From Pyrodictium abyssi (GTDB lineage: Archaea > Thermoproteota > Thermoprotei_A > Sulfolobales > Pyrodictiaceae), in NCBI RefSeq assembly GCF_036323395.1, contig NZ_AP028907.1, forward strand, positions 1,230,001 through 1,262,000: a stretch of DNA of 32,000 bases, in the 5' to 3' direction. Positions 1-9,968 of the stretch are shown piece by piece; within the stretch, counting starts at the first letter, position 1, and each line of letters opens with the position of its first letter. The notes under the pieces are model-generated. The model searched no databases, was not told the DNA's origin, and worked only from the letters and a program-made list of their open reading frames with translations. A program made the position numbers and the translations under genes.

Positions 1-144
1 GCTCCACTTCTCCACTCTGCTGAGGAGCTGTAGCAGCTTCTCCTCAGCCTCCCTGTACCGGCCTCTCCTCTCGAGGCCCCAGACTATGCGCCTGAGCAGC
101 CACGCCGTGATCAGCATCCTTAGCTTCGCGAGGAGCCGGGGCAA
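1..144 (-). CDS. Partial hypothetical protein, N-terminal part only, continues beyond the left window edge
   Basis: Reverse-strand translation from a TTG at 144: (M)PRLLAKLRMLITAWLLRRIVWGLERRGRYREAEEKLLQLLSRVEKWS..., open to the window edge. Confidence 0.45.
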   Translation of the reverse strand, partial: MPRLLAKLRMLITAWLLRRIVWGLERRGRYREAEEKLLQLLSRVEKWS

Positions 145-270
145 CAGCTACCCCGAGAGAGACAGCTACAGAACAACCCAGTATTTCTATCCAGGGGGCT
201 ACGCTCTCCGCCGACCGCGGAAAGGCCCGGGGCAGACGGGGCGGAAAACAACGGGCGGCGCTGGTGTGTT

Positions 271-1746
271 TTAGCCTAGGTACTCGTGGAGCTTGCCGGG
301 GAGCTCCAGGTACTTCCACTCGAGGTACTCTACTAGGGCTCTTGCTGAGGGCTGCTCGCCTAGGCTCCGCTCGACTAGCTCCTTTGGCGGGAAGGTGGCG
401 CCCCAGCGGTGTATCCTCTCCCTCAGCCACTCGCGTAGCCTCGCCAGGTCGAGGCCTGCTAGTAGCTCTGGGTTGTCGCTCCATATCCGCCTCCATATCA
501 TGGCCGCTACTACGTTGCCTAGGGTGTATGTCGGGAAGTAGCCGAAGCTGCCGTGGCTCCAGTGTATGTCCTGTAGCACGCCCTCCCGTGGGCTGGGCGG
601 CCGGATGCCGAGCAGCTCCTCCATCATCGTGTCCCAGGCCTCGGGGAGCTCGTCGACCGTCATGCTGCCCTCTATCAGCTTCTTCTCGAGTGTGTAGCGT
701 AGGTATATGTGGAGGTTGTAGGTGACCTCGTCGGCGTCTACCCTTATGAGGTCTGGGCGGACCGTGTTGACGTAGCGGTACAGCTCCTCGGGCGCAGCGT
801 CTACGCCCATGTACTCTCTGAGCCTCTCGCTGAGGAGCCTCATGAACCAGGGGCCGCGGCCCACTATGTTCTCCCAGAACCGCGACTGGCTCTCGTGTAC
901 GCCCATGCTGGCGCCGCCGGCTATCGGGGTGCGGGCTAGCGCCCGGTCTATCTGGAGATGGTAGAGTGCGTGGCCGTACTCGTGTACTAGGCTGTAGACC
1001 GCCCTCTTTATGTCGTGGCCCTCGTACCTCACTGTTATCCTCACATCGTCTATGCCTAGATCCATGGTGAACGGGTGGGCTGACTCGTCGAGCCTGCCGC
1101 GGCTCCAGGGCCAGTCTAGGTCGTCGAGGAGCCTCTTCATCAGCGCCCTGGCCTTGTCCACGTCGTAGCTCTCGTCCTCTAGGGGGTGGCGCTGGGGGTA
1201 GAAGCCGCCGGAGAGCACCCTGTCGAGTACGCGGCGGGTTGCCGGCACTAGCTCGGAGAAGAGCGCGTCTAGGTCGCGGACCCTTAGACCCTCCTCGTAG
1301 ATGTCTAGGAGCGCGTCGTAGGGGTGGTCTTCGTAGCCTAGCAGCTCGGCTTTCCGGCGCTGTATCTCGACTATCTCCTCGAGGTACGGCTTGAACAGCT
1401 TGAAGTCGGCCTTCCTCTTGGCCTCCCGCCAGACCACGGTGGCCTTGCTGGTTACCCGGGCCTCGCGGCGGGCTAGCTCCTCCGGTATCGCCTTGGCTAC
1501 GCGTACTTCGCGGCCTAGGACGCGGACTACGCCGCGCTCGTAGACGTTTAGGCTGTCGAGCTTCTCCTCGGCTTCGCGTAGGAGCTGGCCTAGCTCGGGG
1601 TCGAGTAGCAGCCGGTGGCGGAGCCCCTCTAGCTCCTCGGCTGCTGCTGAGCGGTCGCTTATGCCGTCGCGGGGCATGTAGGTCTCCAGGTCCCAGCCCA
1701 TGAGGGCTACCGCGTGGTCTAGGGCCCATAGCAGCCGGTACTTGGC
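271..1746 (-). CDS. Metallocarboxypeptidase, M32 (thermostable carboxypeptidase 1 / Taq) family
   Basis: Contains the zinc motif HEYGHALYH, plus GVHESQSRFWEN, IRVDADEVTYNLHIYLRYTLEK and DIHWSHGSFGYFPTYTLGN, all typical of M32. The ORF track opens at 1926; a start near MTATERAENPFRDETVKKIL is more likely. Confidence 0.93.
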   Translation of the reverse strand, partial: AKYRLLWALDHAVALMGWDLETYMPRDGISDRSAAAEELEGLRHRLLLDPELGQLLREAEEKLDSLNVYERGVVRVLGREVRVAKAIPEELARREARVTSKATVVWREAKRKADFKLFKPYLEEIVEIQRRKAELLGYEDHPYDALLDIYEEGLRVRDLDALFSELVPATRRVLDRVLSGGFYPQRHPLEDESYDVDKARALMKRLLDDLDWPWSRGRLDESAHPFTMDLGIDDVRITVRYEGHDIKRAVYSLVHEYGHALYHLQIDRALARTPIAGGASMGVHESQSRFWENIVGRGPWFMRLLSERLREYMGVDAAPEELYRYVNTVRPDLIRVDADEVTYNLHIYLRYTLEKKLIEGSMTVDELPEAWDTMMEELLGIRPPSPREGVLQDIHWSHGSFGYFPTYTLGNVVAAMIWRRIWSDNPELLAGLDLARLREWLRERIHRWGATFPPKELVERSLGEQPSARALVEYLEWKYLELPGKLHEYLG

Positions 1747-1975
1747 GAGTATCTTCTTCACTGTCTCGTCGCGGAATGGGTTTTCAGCACGCTCGGTGGC
1801 TGTCATAGCGCTGTGCATCCCTCCAGAACCTGCTGCAGCAGGACGACGCTTCCACGTGGTGAGGGCTTGATGCCCCTCCTCCGGGATATTCCGCGTTTCG
1901 TCGCGCGGCTTGGCCAGGGGTAGCATAATTTAGGGGGAATACCGGGCTCGGCCTAGCACCGAGGCCTGGAGTGCC

Positions 1976-3325
1976 TTGCGTGGAAAGAAGCTATACCTCG
2001 TAGTAGCCCTGGCTGCTGTCGCAGCCCTAGTAGCCGGCTACGTCCTCTACAGCAAGACCGGAGGCAAAACCCTGGGAGCAGGAGCCGTCACCGCTCCCGC
2101 TGAGTGCGGCAGCGGACCCGCCGTACTCGTGGTCTACAAGAAGGGCCAGGAAGACCTAGCAATGCTCGTCGAGGAGCTCCTAAAGAGGCAGCTCGTGGAC
2201 CACCTGCCGCAGGGCACGAGGTTCTGCCGAGCCACCGCTGGGGATACCGGGCTCACAGGGCTACGGGTCTATCCGGCTATACTGGTGCGCGCTGAGAACG
2301 TCAGCGCAATGCTGTCCAGCGCGCTCCTCAACGAGACCGTGGGCGGCGAGTGGCGCCCGATGCGCTACGACTACACAGCCGCGTTCGAGACGCAGATAGC
2401 GCTACAGTTCGGCCTACCGCTCCCAGTCTACCAGTACAGGGCTAGGCTCCTCGTGGTCGAGGGCTCCACGCCGCTCGCCACAATAGACCAGGCAGCCCTT
2501 GAGCCTGGTAGCCGCATAATGGCGCTGCTCTCAGCCGTGTTCGTGGCCAACATAACCGGGGTGGAGTACACCAAGGAGCCGCCAGCGGGCGCTAACCCCT
2601 CCAGCTTGCCGGCAGCATACGCGGTGTCGAGCGATCCGCTGGACCAGGGTGTCCCAGGGGTACAGAGGCTCGGGGACAACGTCTACGCCTCGACAGACAT
2701 AGACCTGGCCGAGGTGTTCCTCCAGCTAGGCGTAGCCAAGGCGGTCGAGAAGACCGGGGCGCCGCCGGGCATAGAGGGGCACCCCGCGATAGGCAGCGGC
2801 AGGATGCACATAGCGATATACGAGGACTTCGCCTGCCCCTACTGCGCCGAGTTCTACAACAAGACCTTCCCAGCCATAAAGGAGATGATAGACAGCGGCC
2901 AGGTGACGTTCCACATAGTAGACCTCATAGTACACCTCAACGAGAACGTGACCAAGCTACACAAGCTGCTACTATGCTACTACAACGCCACCGGCGACCC
3001 AGGGGCATACCTCGATGAGGCCATCCGCATATACAGCGAGGTAGCCAAGCTCTACCGTGACGCCAACATAACCTCCACGGCGGAGTTCTACAACAGGATA
3101 GGGGCGATACTAGAGGAGGAGAAGGCAAGGCTCGGCGTAGACCCCGACTGCGAGGCAGCAGCACTAGTAGACAAGGCGACCCACGACGCAGCCCAGGCCG
3201 GGCTACGCGGCACCCCCAGCTTCGCCATATGGGTAGAGGGGAGCGACCGGGTGCTCTACATAACCGGGTACCGCGACGCCGAGTTCTTCAAACAGCTAGT
3301 AGAGTCCTTGCAGCAGCAGGGCTAG
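1976..3325 (+). CDS. Membrane-anchored/secreted thioredoxin-fold (DsbA-like) protein with a large N-terminal extension
   Basis: TTG start; N-terminal hydrophobic anchor KLYLVVALAAVAALVAGYVLY; C-terminal YEDFACPYCAEFYNKTFPAIKE (CPYC) and GLRGTPSFAIW cis-Pro-like motif. Confidence 0.75.
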   Translation: MRGKKLYLVVALAAVAALVAGYVLYSKTGGKTLGAGAVTAPAECGSGPAVLVVYKKGQEDLAMLVEELLKRQLVDHLPQGTRFCRATAGDTGLTGLRVYPAILVRAENVSAMLSSALLNETVGGEWRPMRYDYTAAFETQIALQFGLPLPVYQYRARLLVVEGSTPLATIDQAALEPGSRIMALLSAVFVANITGVEYTKEPPAGANPSSLPAAYAVSSDPLDQGVPGVQRLGDNVYASTDIDLAEVFLQLGVAKAVEKTGAPPGIEGHPAIGSGRMHIAIYEDFACPYCAEFYNKTFPAIKEMIDSGQVTFHIVDLIVHLNENVTKLHKLLLCYYNATGDPGAYLDEAIRIYSEVAKLYRDANITSTAEFYNRIGAILEEEKARLGVDPDCEAAALVDKATHDAAQAGLRGTPSFAIWVEGSDRVLYITGYRDAEFFKQLVESLQQQG

Positions 3326-3535
3326 AAGCCCACAAGGTAGCCAGACGGCCCACGGCGGGAGCCCACGAGGACACTCTTTTAGCACTAAGAGACCAAGCCT
3401 ACCACTCTCCGCTATGCGCACAACATTCTTCCGCACACTTACCGTCCCGCGATCCACACCGTCCATAGCGATTACCGGCTCTTGCATGCTCCTTAGGGGG
3501 CCTCTTCACCAAGGCTACGGCCTGGCCCTGTATAG

Positions 3536-4528
3536 TTATGGGCTCTGCGTCGCTCCGGGCTTTGCCGTGTACGCTACCATGTACACCGTGCAGTAGAAGA
3601 GGATGAACTCTGCTAGTATGATGAGCGAGGTTGCCGGGGGCGGGTAGAAGGCGTCTGCCCCTAGGGCTCCGTGGGCCCGGTATTTGAGGTAGACTAGGGC
3701 GGTGTACTCTGCGTGTAGCCCGCCGAACCCGGGGACCGGGAACATGGCCCACGTCGCCAGCGCCGCGTAGGCCTGGAGAGCGTCTAGCCCCGGGAAAGCG
3801 AACGGCCCCAAGGCTAGATGTTCTGCTAGGATTCGTAGAAGCCCATGATGACCTATGATCGGCGCAGCGACCAGGAACCGGGCCGGGCTACCACGGAGCC
3901 GCTTCAGCACCACAACGGACGACAGGCCAGCACCTATGTAGAAGACCGGGACCAGTGGGGCGGGGACCTCGCCGCCACCCACAGCGACGACATAGACTAT
4001 GAGGCCTGCCGCCAGCATCGGTATACCCGCGGCAGCGTAGACTATGAGCAGTATCCAGTAGAGCAGCGGGTCCACACTGCGCAGCTTTACCCTGCCCAGT
4101 AGGGGCTCCCACGCCTTCACCGCTAGAGCAGCATAGACTAGGTAGAACACGGGGTAGAGGAAGAGGATGTAGAGTAGGCCTAGCAGCCTAGGCACCTCTC
4201 CGGGAGGATACACCTCGGAGAAGACATCCACGCCTAGCCCGCAGGCCGCCCAGTCTGCGAGGAAGTAGGCGTAGAGAAGCAGGAAGCGTCTCCGCTGCAG
4301 CAGCCACGGGCGCAGAGCCGCCAAGACAAAGAACACGACACCGACAAAGTGGAAGCCCCAAGGAAGATACGGTAGAAGCATAGCATAGCCACTCTCCAGG
4401 CCGTACATCCCAGCGAGGTACACTATGAACCGGTGCTCAAGGACAATAGCCACAACCATACCACAAGCTACAAGGAGCGAGAAGAGGCGTAGAGCACTGT
4501 AGCCGCTCGCATCTCTATCTCCGCTCAT
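3536..4528 (-). CDS. Polytopic membrane protein of unknown function
   Basis: 330-aa ORF with repeated hydrophobic segments; no recognisable motif. Confidence 0.6.
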   Translation of the reverse strand: MSGDRDASGYSALRLFSLLVACGMVVAIVLEHRFIVYLAGMYGLESGYAMLLPYLPWGFHFVGVVFFVLAALRPWLLQRRRFLLLYAYFLADWAACGLGVDVFSEVYPPGEVPRLLGLLYILFLYPVFYLVYAALAVKAWEPLLGRVKLRSVDPLLYWILLIVYAAAGIPMLAAGLIVYVVAVGGGEVPAPLVPVFYIGAGLSSVVVLKRLRGSPARFLVAAPIIGHHGLLRILAEHLALGPFAFPGLDALQAYAALATWAMFPVPGFGGLHAEYTALVYLKYRAHGALGADAFYPPPATSLIILAEFILFYCTVYMVAYTAKPGATQSP

Positions 4529-4913
4529 TCACGGTCACCATAACAAGTGGGCGGGCCCTCCGCCTGCACCCCGTAGCCATCCCAGATGGCTGCATCCAGA
4601 CATATAGTAGTTCTTAGCACCGAACTAGAAGGACCCATAGAGAGCTGCGCCCAAGAGTCTACAGCACCTTTGCACGTAGCGCCCCCGGCCCAGGAGCTTG
4701 GCCCTTGGCAGGGGGTCGCTGGGAGCCCATGACATGTGCAGCCGCTTTTGGCACAGGCTATGGACAGCAGGGCCCTGCTCCTGCCGCTCAGCAGCTCGGC
4801 GTGGCCTAGCCCTCGAGCTGTAGGGCGTACAGCCCTAGAGTTGCCCTTCCGTCCGCCCTTGTCTAGTGAGGCGCACGCCAGCGCGTCTGCTATGATGTAG
4901 TTTATGTGTCCTC

Positions 4914-5954
4914 GTGCATCCTCTTAGGCTGTGGGGCTCTAGCGTGGTAGTCAGGTTCGTGGACCGTGTTGCCGAGCTATCCGTCCTCCAGGGGTTTGCT
5001 GAGCGCGGTGCTGGTGTGCCCATCTACCTCTACGGCCCAGAGGGCTGTGGCAAGACGCGGCTGCTGCGTGAGCTTGTCTCGAGGCTAGAGGGGGCGCGGG
5101 ACTACCTCGTAGTCTATGTTGACGCCCTGGAGGAGAGGGACCCTGGCAGGGCTGTCCGGGGCTCGGAGGAGCTGCGGCGCCTACTGCTCGACGCAGTCCG
5201 CGGTGCCGCCGGGGGCCCGCTTGGCGTGCTCCTGGCCTACGCTGTTACCCGCGTCGTGTCTAGCCTTGAGCGGCGGCTCGTCGAGGGCAGACACGTAGTC
5301 GTCATAGTGGATGACGTGGCCCGGCCGCTGGGCCTCGAGAGGCTCGAGGCTTATGTGAAGAGCCTTCTCCGGCTAGTAGAGTACGACCTAGCCGAGCTGT
5401 ATCCCGCCTCGGTGCTAGTCGTAGCCTCTACGAGCGAGGGGCTAAGCCTGGAGAGGCTACGGCGCCACCCTACGTGGGTTTCGCTACGGCTTCTCTGGGG
5501 CCTGCCCCGCAGTGCTTTCCACGAGCTCGCCACGGGCCTCGGGGCCCCGGATACGGGTGTTGCCGAGGAGGCGTGGAGGCTTACTGGGGGCAACCCCCGG
5601 GCCCTAATACAGATAGCTACGGTCTACATGTGGGACATCGACGCCTGGCTGAGGGGCCTCGACGCCAGCCTAGCCGCGCCCCTGGTAGCAGAGGCGAGGG
5701 CACGTGGGCTGCTGCACGCCCTCCAGCGGGTAGTCGCGGACCCAGACAGCATAGTAGCCGAGGCGGACCCGGCTCTCCAGCAGGTGGCCCGGCTCCTTCT
5801 CAAGAACAACCTCATCGTGTACAAGGCGGTAGCAACGCTGACGGGGGAAACCATACCGGCTGACCCCGGGCTGGGGATTGGCAGCTACTACGCGTGGCAG
5901 CTACCGGCGTACCGCGAGCTGTTGAGGAGGCGGCTCGGGGAAGCCGGGGGCTAG
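4914..5954 (+). CDS. Archaeal P-loop ATPase (AAA/STAND-like, ATPase domain 2 type)
   Basis: Contains FVDRVAELSVLQGF, Walker A YGPEGCGKTRLL, Walker B HVVIVDDVARP, and LTGGNPRAL sensor-like motif. Paralogous to 29866-30879. Confidence 0.8.
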   Translation: MHPLRLWGSSVVVRFVDRVAELSVLQGFAERGAGVPIYLYGPEGCGKTRLLRELVSRLEGARDYLVVYVDALEERDPGRAVRGSEELRRLLLDAVRGAAGGPLGVLLAYAVTRVVSSLERRLVEGRHVVVIVDDVARPLGLERLEAYVKSLLRLVEYDLAELYPASVLVVASTSEGLSLERLRRHPTWVSLRLLWGLPRSAFHELATGLGAPDTGVAEEAWRLTGGNPRALIQIATVYMWDIDAWLRGLDASLAAPLVAEARARGLLHALQRVVADPDSIVAEADPALQQVARLLLKNNLIVYKAVATLTGETIPADPGLGIGSYYAWQLPAYRELLRRRLGEAGG

Positions 5955-7012
5955 TACGTTATGCGGCCGTAAACCGTGTCAAGTATTATCCTCGGCTCGG
6001 CGGCCCCGGCTTGCTCGACCCTGCCGAGCACGTGAGCCCGGTGGCCGTGCCGCTTGGCTAGGCTGAGTAGCTCGTCTAGGCTGTCCCTGGGCGTTGCTAC
6101 TACTAGTCCTACACCCATGTTCCATACCCGGTAGGCCTCGCTGGGCTCCACGCCGCCGGCCTCCACTAGGACCTGGAACACCCGTGGCGGCTCCGGCATC
6201 TCCATCACTGCTGCCGCGCCCTGCGGGAGGATGCGCCGCATCTTTGTGAAGGCCCCGCCGGTGATGTGGGCGGCCGCGGTAAGCAAGCCCCGGCTCCAGG
6301 CCTCGAGGAGGAACCCTGTGTAGTCCCTCACGGGCTTGGCCAGCTCCTCGGCGAGGTCCAGGCCGTCTACCACCACGTTGTAGCCGCCTAGCCGCTCCAG
6401 GGCTATCCTCCTAGCCAGGCTATAGCCGTTGGCGTGCAGCCCGTTGCTCTCGAGGCCTACCAGCACGTCGCCTGGGCGGACGCGGTTGCCCCGCCAGCCT
6501 GGCTCGCGCAGGGCGAGGACCGTGCAGACTACGTCTACTCCCTGGGCGAGGCCTGGGAGTATCGCTGTCTCCCCGCCGAGGAGCAGAGCGCCGGTTGCCT
6601 CTGCAGCCTCCCTGACGCCTTCGAGTATCTCGCGGAACACATGCTCGTCGGCCCGCGGCATGGCTATGTAGTCTACAAGGGCTACCGGGCGAGCCGCGTC
6701 GCACGCGACATCGTTCGTGTTCATCACCACGCAGTCCCAGCCGGCTACGCGCAGCCTTCCGAGCCTCTCCAGCACGAGCGTCTTGGTGCCGACACCGTCC
6801 ACGTGGAGTACTAGCTCCCGCCCGTGCAGCTCTATGGACGACGTGTATGCCTCTCGGCGGCCGGCTAGCAGCCTGGATGCCAGGCCGTGGAGCACCTCGC
6901 TAGCGTCGAGGTCCACCCCGGCGTCCCGGTAGCTCAGACCCCTCCCGGTACCACTACTGTCCCGGGGCAAGGGCGGCCCATACCCCGCGAGACGCCAGTG
7001 CCAGGCAAGCAA
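5951..7012 (-). CDS. purM: Phosphoribosylformylglycinamidine cyclo-ligase (AIR synthetase)
   Basis: Contains SYRDAGVD, HVDGVGTKTLV, MNTNDVACDAARPVALVDYIA, LLGGETAILPG, ESNGLHANGYSLAR and HITGGAFTKMRRILP. Confidence 0.95.
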   Translation of the reverse strand: MLAWHWRLAGYGPPLPRDSSGTGRGLSYRDAGVDLDASEVLHGLASRLLAGRREAYTSSIELHGRELVLHVDGVGTKTLVLERLGRLRVAGWDCVVMNTNDVACDAARPVALVDYIAMPRADEHVFREILEGVREAAEATGALLLGGETAILPGLAQGVDVVCTVLALREPGWRGNRVRPGDVLVGLESNGLHANGYSLARRIALERLGGYNVVVDGLDLAEELAKPVRDYTGFLLEAWSRGLLTAAAHITGGAFTKMRRILPQGAAAVMEMPEPPRVFQVLVEAGGVEPSEAYRVWNMGVGLVVATPRDSLDELLSLAKRHGHRAHVLGRVEQAGAAEPRIILDTVYGRITY

Positions 7013-7064
7013 TAAGGGCTATCCCCGCTGCGCAGCAGGACTCCCAGGCCCGGGAAGACCAGGG

Positions 7065-8243
7065 ATGCACTCTACGGGGACGGGGGTCCTGCGCCGCTGC
7101 AGCCTCTGTGGCAGGGAGGCCCTCGTCTCGACCTCCATCGGTGTATGCGCCCGGTGTCTCCGCGAGAGGCCCCAGGAGGCGCTAGCGCTCGTCCGCCGGA
7201 GGCGCATGGAGTGGCGGGCCCGCTACGGGCTCCCGCCAGCTCCGCCCCGCGACCCGGAGGGGGTCCCGTGTAGGCTCTGCGTGAACGAGTGCCAGATCCC
7301 CCGCGGGGGACGAGGCTACTGCGGGGTATGGGCCAACAGAGATGGGCGCTTGGAGCCACTGGCGGGGCGTGGCCGGCTCCTAGTGTTCACGTACCTCGAC
7401 CCGCACCCTACGAACTGCGTGGCTGAGCCGGTGTGCCCCGCGGCGACGAGCCGCGGCTACCCGCGCTACACGTTCACCCGTGGCGTCGAGAAAGGGTTCT
7501 ACAACCTCGCCGTGTTCGCGGGCGGGTGTCCGCTCGACTGCCTCTTCTGCCAGAACCCCGAGCACAAGGCCATGGTTGCCCGGGGCCGGCTCGAGCCCCG
7601 GTACGTGAGGAGCGTAGAGGACCTCGTGGAGGAGGCGCTGGACCCCAGGGTGACATGTATATGCTTCTTCGGCGGCGACCCAACGCCGCAGATGCCCGTG
7701 CTGATAGAGGCCTCGCGAAGAGCGCTCCAGCGGGCTAGGGGCCGCGGGCTGCCCCTAAGGGTGTGCTGGGAGACCGACGGCCTGGCCAACCCGGCTGTGT
7801 TCCGCGAGGCTGCCCGGCTCAGTCTCGAGAGCGGCGGAGTAGTGAAGATCGACTGGAAGGCCTGGAGCCCCGGGGTATACGAGGCACTGACCGGCGTGGA
7901 CGGCCACCGGGCCCTAGAGAGGCTCCGCGAGAACACCAGGACCACCGCAGAGATGGCCGCCGGGAGGCCGGAGCCCCCGCTCCTCGTGGTGAGTATGCTC
8001 CTCGTCCCGGGCTACGTCGACGCTGAGGAGGTCAGGGGCGTGGCAGGCTACATAGCGGGCCTCATGGAGGAGTATGGCGTGAACATCCCCATGGTGCTGC
8101 TGGCCTTCCACCCGGACCACCGGATGCTGGACCTCCCGCCTACGAGCCGCCGCCACGCCCTAGAGGCCAAGAGGGCAGCACTAGAGGCCGGCGTACGAGA
8201 AGTCTACCTGGGCAACACATGGCTCCTCGGAGACCACTACTAG
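7065..8243 (+). CDS. Radical SAM protein, pyruvate-formate-lyase-activase-like
   Basis: GGCPLDCLFCQN (Cx3Cx2C cluster), FGGDPTPQ, WETDGLAN, KIDWKAW. Extra Cys pairs at the N-terminus (CSLCGR...CARC; CRLCVNEC...CGVW). Confidence 0.85.
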   Translation: MHSTGTGVLRRCSLCGREALVSTSIGVCARCLRERPQEALALVRRRRMEWRARYGLPPAPPRDPEGVPCRLCVNECQIPRGGRGYCGVWANRDGRLEPLAGRGRLLVFTYLDPHPTNCVAEPVCPAATSRGYPRYTFTRGVEKGFYNLAVFAGGCPLDCLFCQNPEHKAMVARGRLEPRYVRSVEDLVEEALDPRVTCICFFGGDPTPQMPVLIEASRRALQRARGRGLPLRVCWETDGLANPAVFREAARLSLESGGVVKIDWKAWSPGVYEALTGVDGHRALERLRENTRTTAEMAAGRPEPPLLVVSMLLVPGYVDAEEVRGVAGYIAGLMEEYGVNIPMVLLAFHPDHRMLDLPPTSRRHALEAKRAALEAGVREVYLGNTWLLGDHY

Positions 8244-8261
8244 GCTCCGCCCCGGAAGGCC

Positions 8262-8696
8262 CTAGGGGTCTAGCCCCTTCTCCTCCATGTAGCCTAGGAG
8301 CCTGCTGAGCAGCCTTCGGGCGTCGCTGCGGAGCCTCCGAGCATGCTCTAGCAGAAGCTCGTAGTCTATATCGGCGTATACATGCACTATCACGTTGCGT
8401 AGGCGGGCAAGCTGCGCTAGTAGCTCGCCCTCGCCACGGCTTAGCACCCCGTGGCGGGCGAGTACAGCGCCCACCTCGCTGTAGCTGCCCGGAGGCTCCC
8501 AGCCCATAACGGAGACTATGTAGCACCCGATATCCAGCAGCCCCTGAATAACCACCTCGACCTCGCGCTCCAGCAGAGGAGCCAAGTCCCTCTCCATAAG
8601 CTCCTCAAGGCCCATCTCGGCTACACGGTCGAGCCGCTCGATAGCCTTCAGGATTCTATCCACTCTACGTGCAACACCAGGCCTCAACCCGGCCAC
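8262..8696 (-). CDS. hepT: HEPN-domain toxin, HepT/DUF86 family
   Basis: C-terminal RNVIVHVYADIDYE (HEPN Rx4-6H motif followed by Tyr); directly downstream of a minimal nucleotidyltransferase. Confidence 0.85.
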   Translation of the reverse strand: MAGLRPGVARRVDRILKAIERLDRVAEMGLEELMERDLAPLLEREVEVVIQGLLDIGCYIVSVMGWEPPGSYSEVGAVLARHGVLSRGEGELLAQLARLRNVIVHVYADIDYELLLEHARRLRSDARRLLSRLLGYMEEKGLDP

Positions 8697-8723
8697 GCAC
8701 CCGCCAGAGAAGGCTACCAGCTA

Positions 8724-9122
8724 CTAGACTGCGAGCACGCGGCGGCGATAGGACCGGTGCATCTCCTCATAAGCTTCCCGGTAGTCCAGCCACTCTACTA
8801 GAGCCCTCCACCGGTCCTCCACAAAAGCCTGGTAGTCGCCACCCACAAAGGCACCCCTCACAAGCGCCTCGTAGAGCAGCGGCAGACTAGCTCTTTCAAC
8901 CAATACCACCTCCACACGCCTACCTGTTTCAGCCTCGACAGCCTCTGCTAGCCTACCAGCCTCCACCGGAGAAAAGCCGCGGACAGCAAGATCCACGTCA
9001 CTAAGCCCACTACACCGCCCTTCAGCAGCACTACCGAACACCACGACATAGCCACCAGGCCCTAGCCCAAACCCCTCTACAACACGCCTAACCACCCGGA
9101 GAAGCTTCCTACAGCCAACCAT
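8724..9122 (-). CDS. mntA: Minimal nucleotidyltransferase antitoxin, MntA-like
   Basis: Contains VVVFGSAAEGRCSGLSDVDLAV (GSx10DxD nucleotidyltransferase motif). The ORF track runs to 9386; an internal Met at 9122 (MVGCRKLLRVVRRVVEGFG) better fits family length. Confidence 0.8.
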   Translation of the reverse strand: MVGCRKLLRVVRRVVEGFGLGPGGYVVVFGSAAEGRCSGLSDVDLAVRGFSPVEAGRLAEAVEAETGRRVEVVLVERASLPLLYEALVRGAFVGGDYQAFVEDRWRALVEWLDYREAYEEMHRSYRRRVLAV

Positions 9123-9611
9123 CCTGCCACCACACAGCAGGCCAGGAGCCCTACGACCACAGCGTACCAGGTGCCCTCCACAGCCTATAAGCACAAAGCC
9201 CCGAGCACCACGAATAGCCATCAGTCCTCCGAACTCCTCGCCGATACCCTTGGCGCCACGCAGCAGCCTAGACACCGCCTCCTCGCGGAGATGCAGCAGT
9301 AAGACGCCCCAGAGCCCCTCTCTCGGAGACCCGGATAAAGTGCAAGACGATATATAGAAGAACGTGCAGATAAAGCTTGCCAGCAAGGAGAGATATCTAT
9401 AAGGTAGACGGTATGTATCAATCTACACGGTGAAGATTCCTAGTGAGATTTATTTAGTCCACCTTTCCCCGATATAGACGTCTACTTAATCTTCCTACTT
9501 GCAACAATCACTACAATTATAGCAGGTAATATCCTTCACCTGCAAAAGAGGAGGCAACAGCAACTCCTTTGGATAGAAGCCATGCACAAATGAATCTCGT
9601 CATACCTGCAA

Positions 9612-9968
9612 GTGAAAAGTAAAGCTAGTAGCACCATTACTGCCAGGTCTTCGTCGTACAAGCTCGCTATAGAAATCCTAAGGGAGGTTCTAAGGAAAGC
9701 AAAGGTCTATCTCCATACGATAGAGCGGAATAAAACTTGGAGAGCGAACATACTCTCATCCGAGCTTAATACTGCGCTTATACTCGACTCGACAATAGTT
9801 AACGACACTACACTAGTTGATTTTATGGTTGCAACTAGAAACCTTACAACCTCAGCGAGCAAGATCTGCGACAACATCTACAGTGTATCAATCATCGTGA
9901 ACCCGGGTAGAGACATAAGGACCTCCAAGGGCGTGTACCTAATACTGATACCAGCAAGCAAACCATAG
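9612..9968 (+). CDS. Hypothetical protein in an AT-rich segment
   Basis: 118-aa ORF with helix/strand-like composition (YKLAIEILREVLRKAKVYLHTIERNKTW...); no recognised family. Confidence 0.3.
   Translation: MKSKASSTITARSSSYKLAIEILREVLRKAKVYLHTIERNKTWRANILSSELNTALILDSTIVNDTTLVDFMVATRNLTTSASKICDNIYSVSIIVNPGRDIRTSKGVYLILIPASKP

Noticed and set aside
44-1729. 561-aa plus-strand ORF
   Set aside because: Antisense to the well-supported M32 carboxypeptidase; Arg/Pro/Gly-rich product typical of GC-driven open frames.
4914-5954. Orc1/Cdc6 replication initiator
   Set aside because: FVDR...GPEGCGKTRLL is reminiscent, but the remaining sequence and length fit the generic archaeal P-loop ATPase family better, and no initiator-specific motif or origin repeats were seen nearby.
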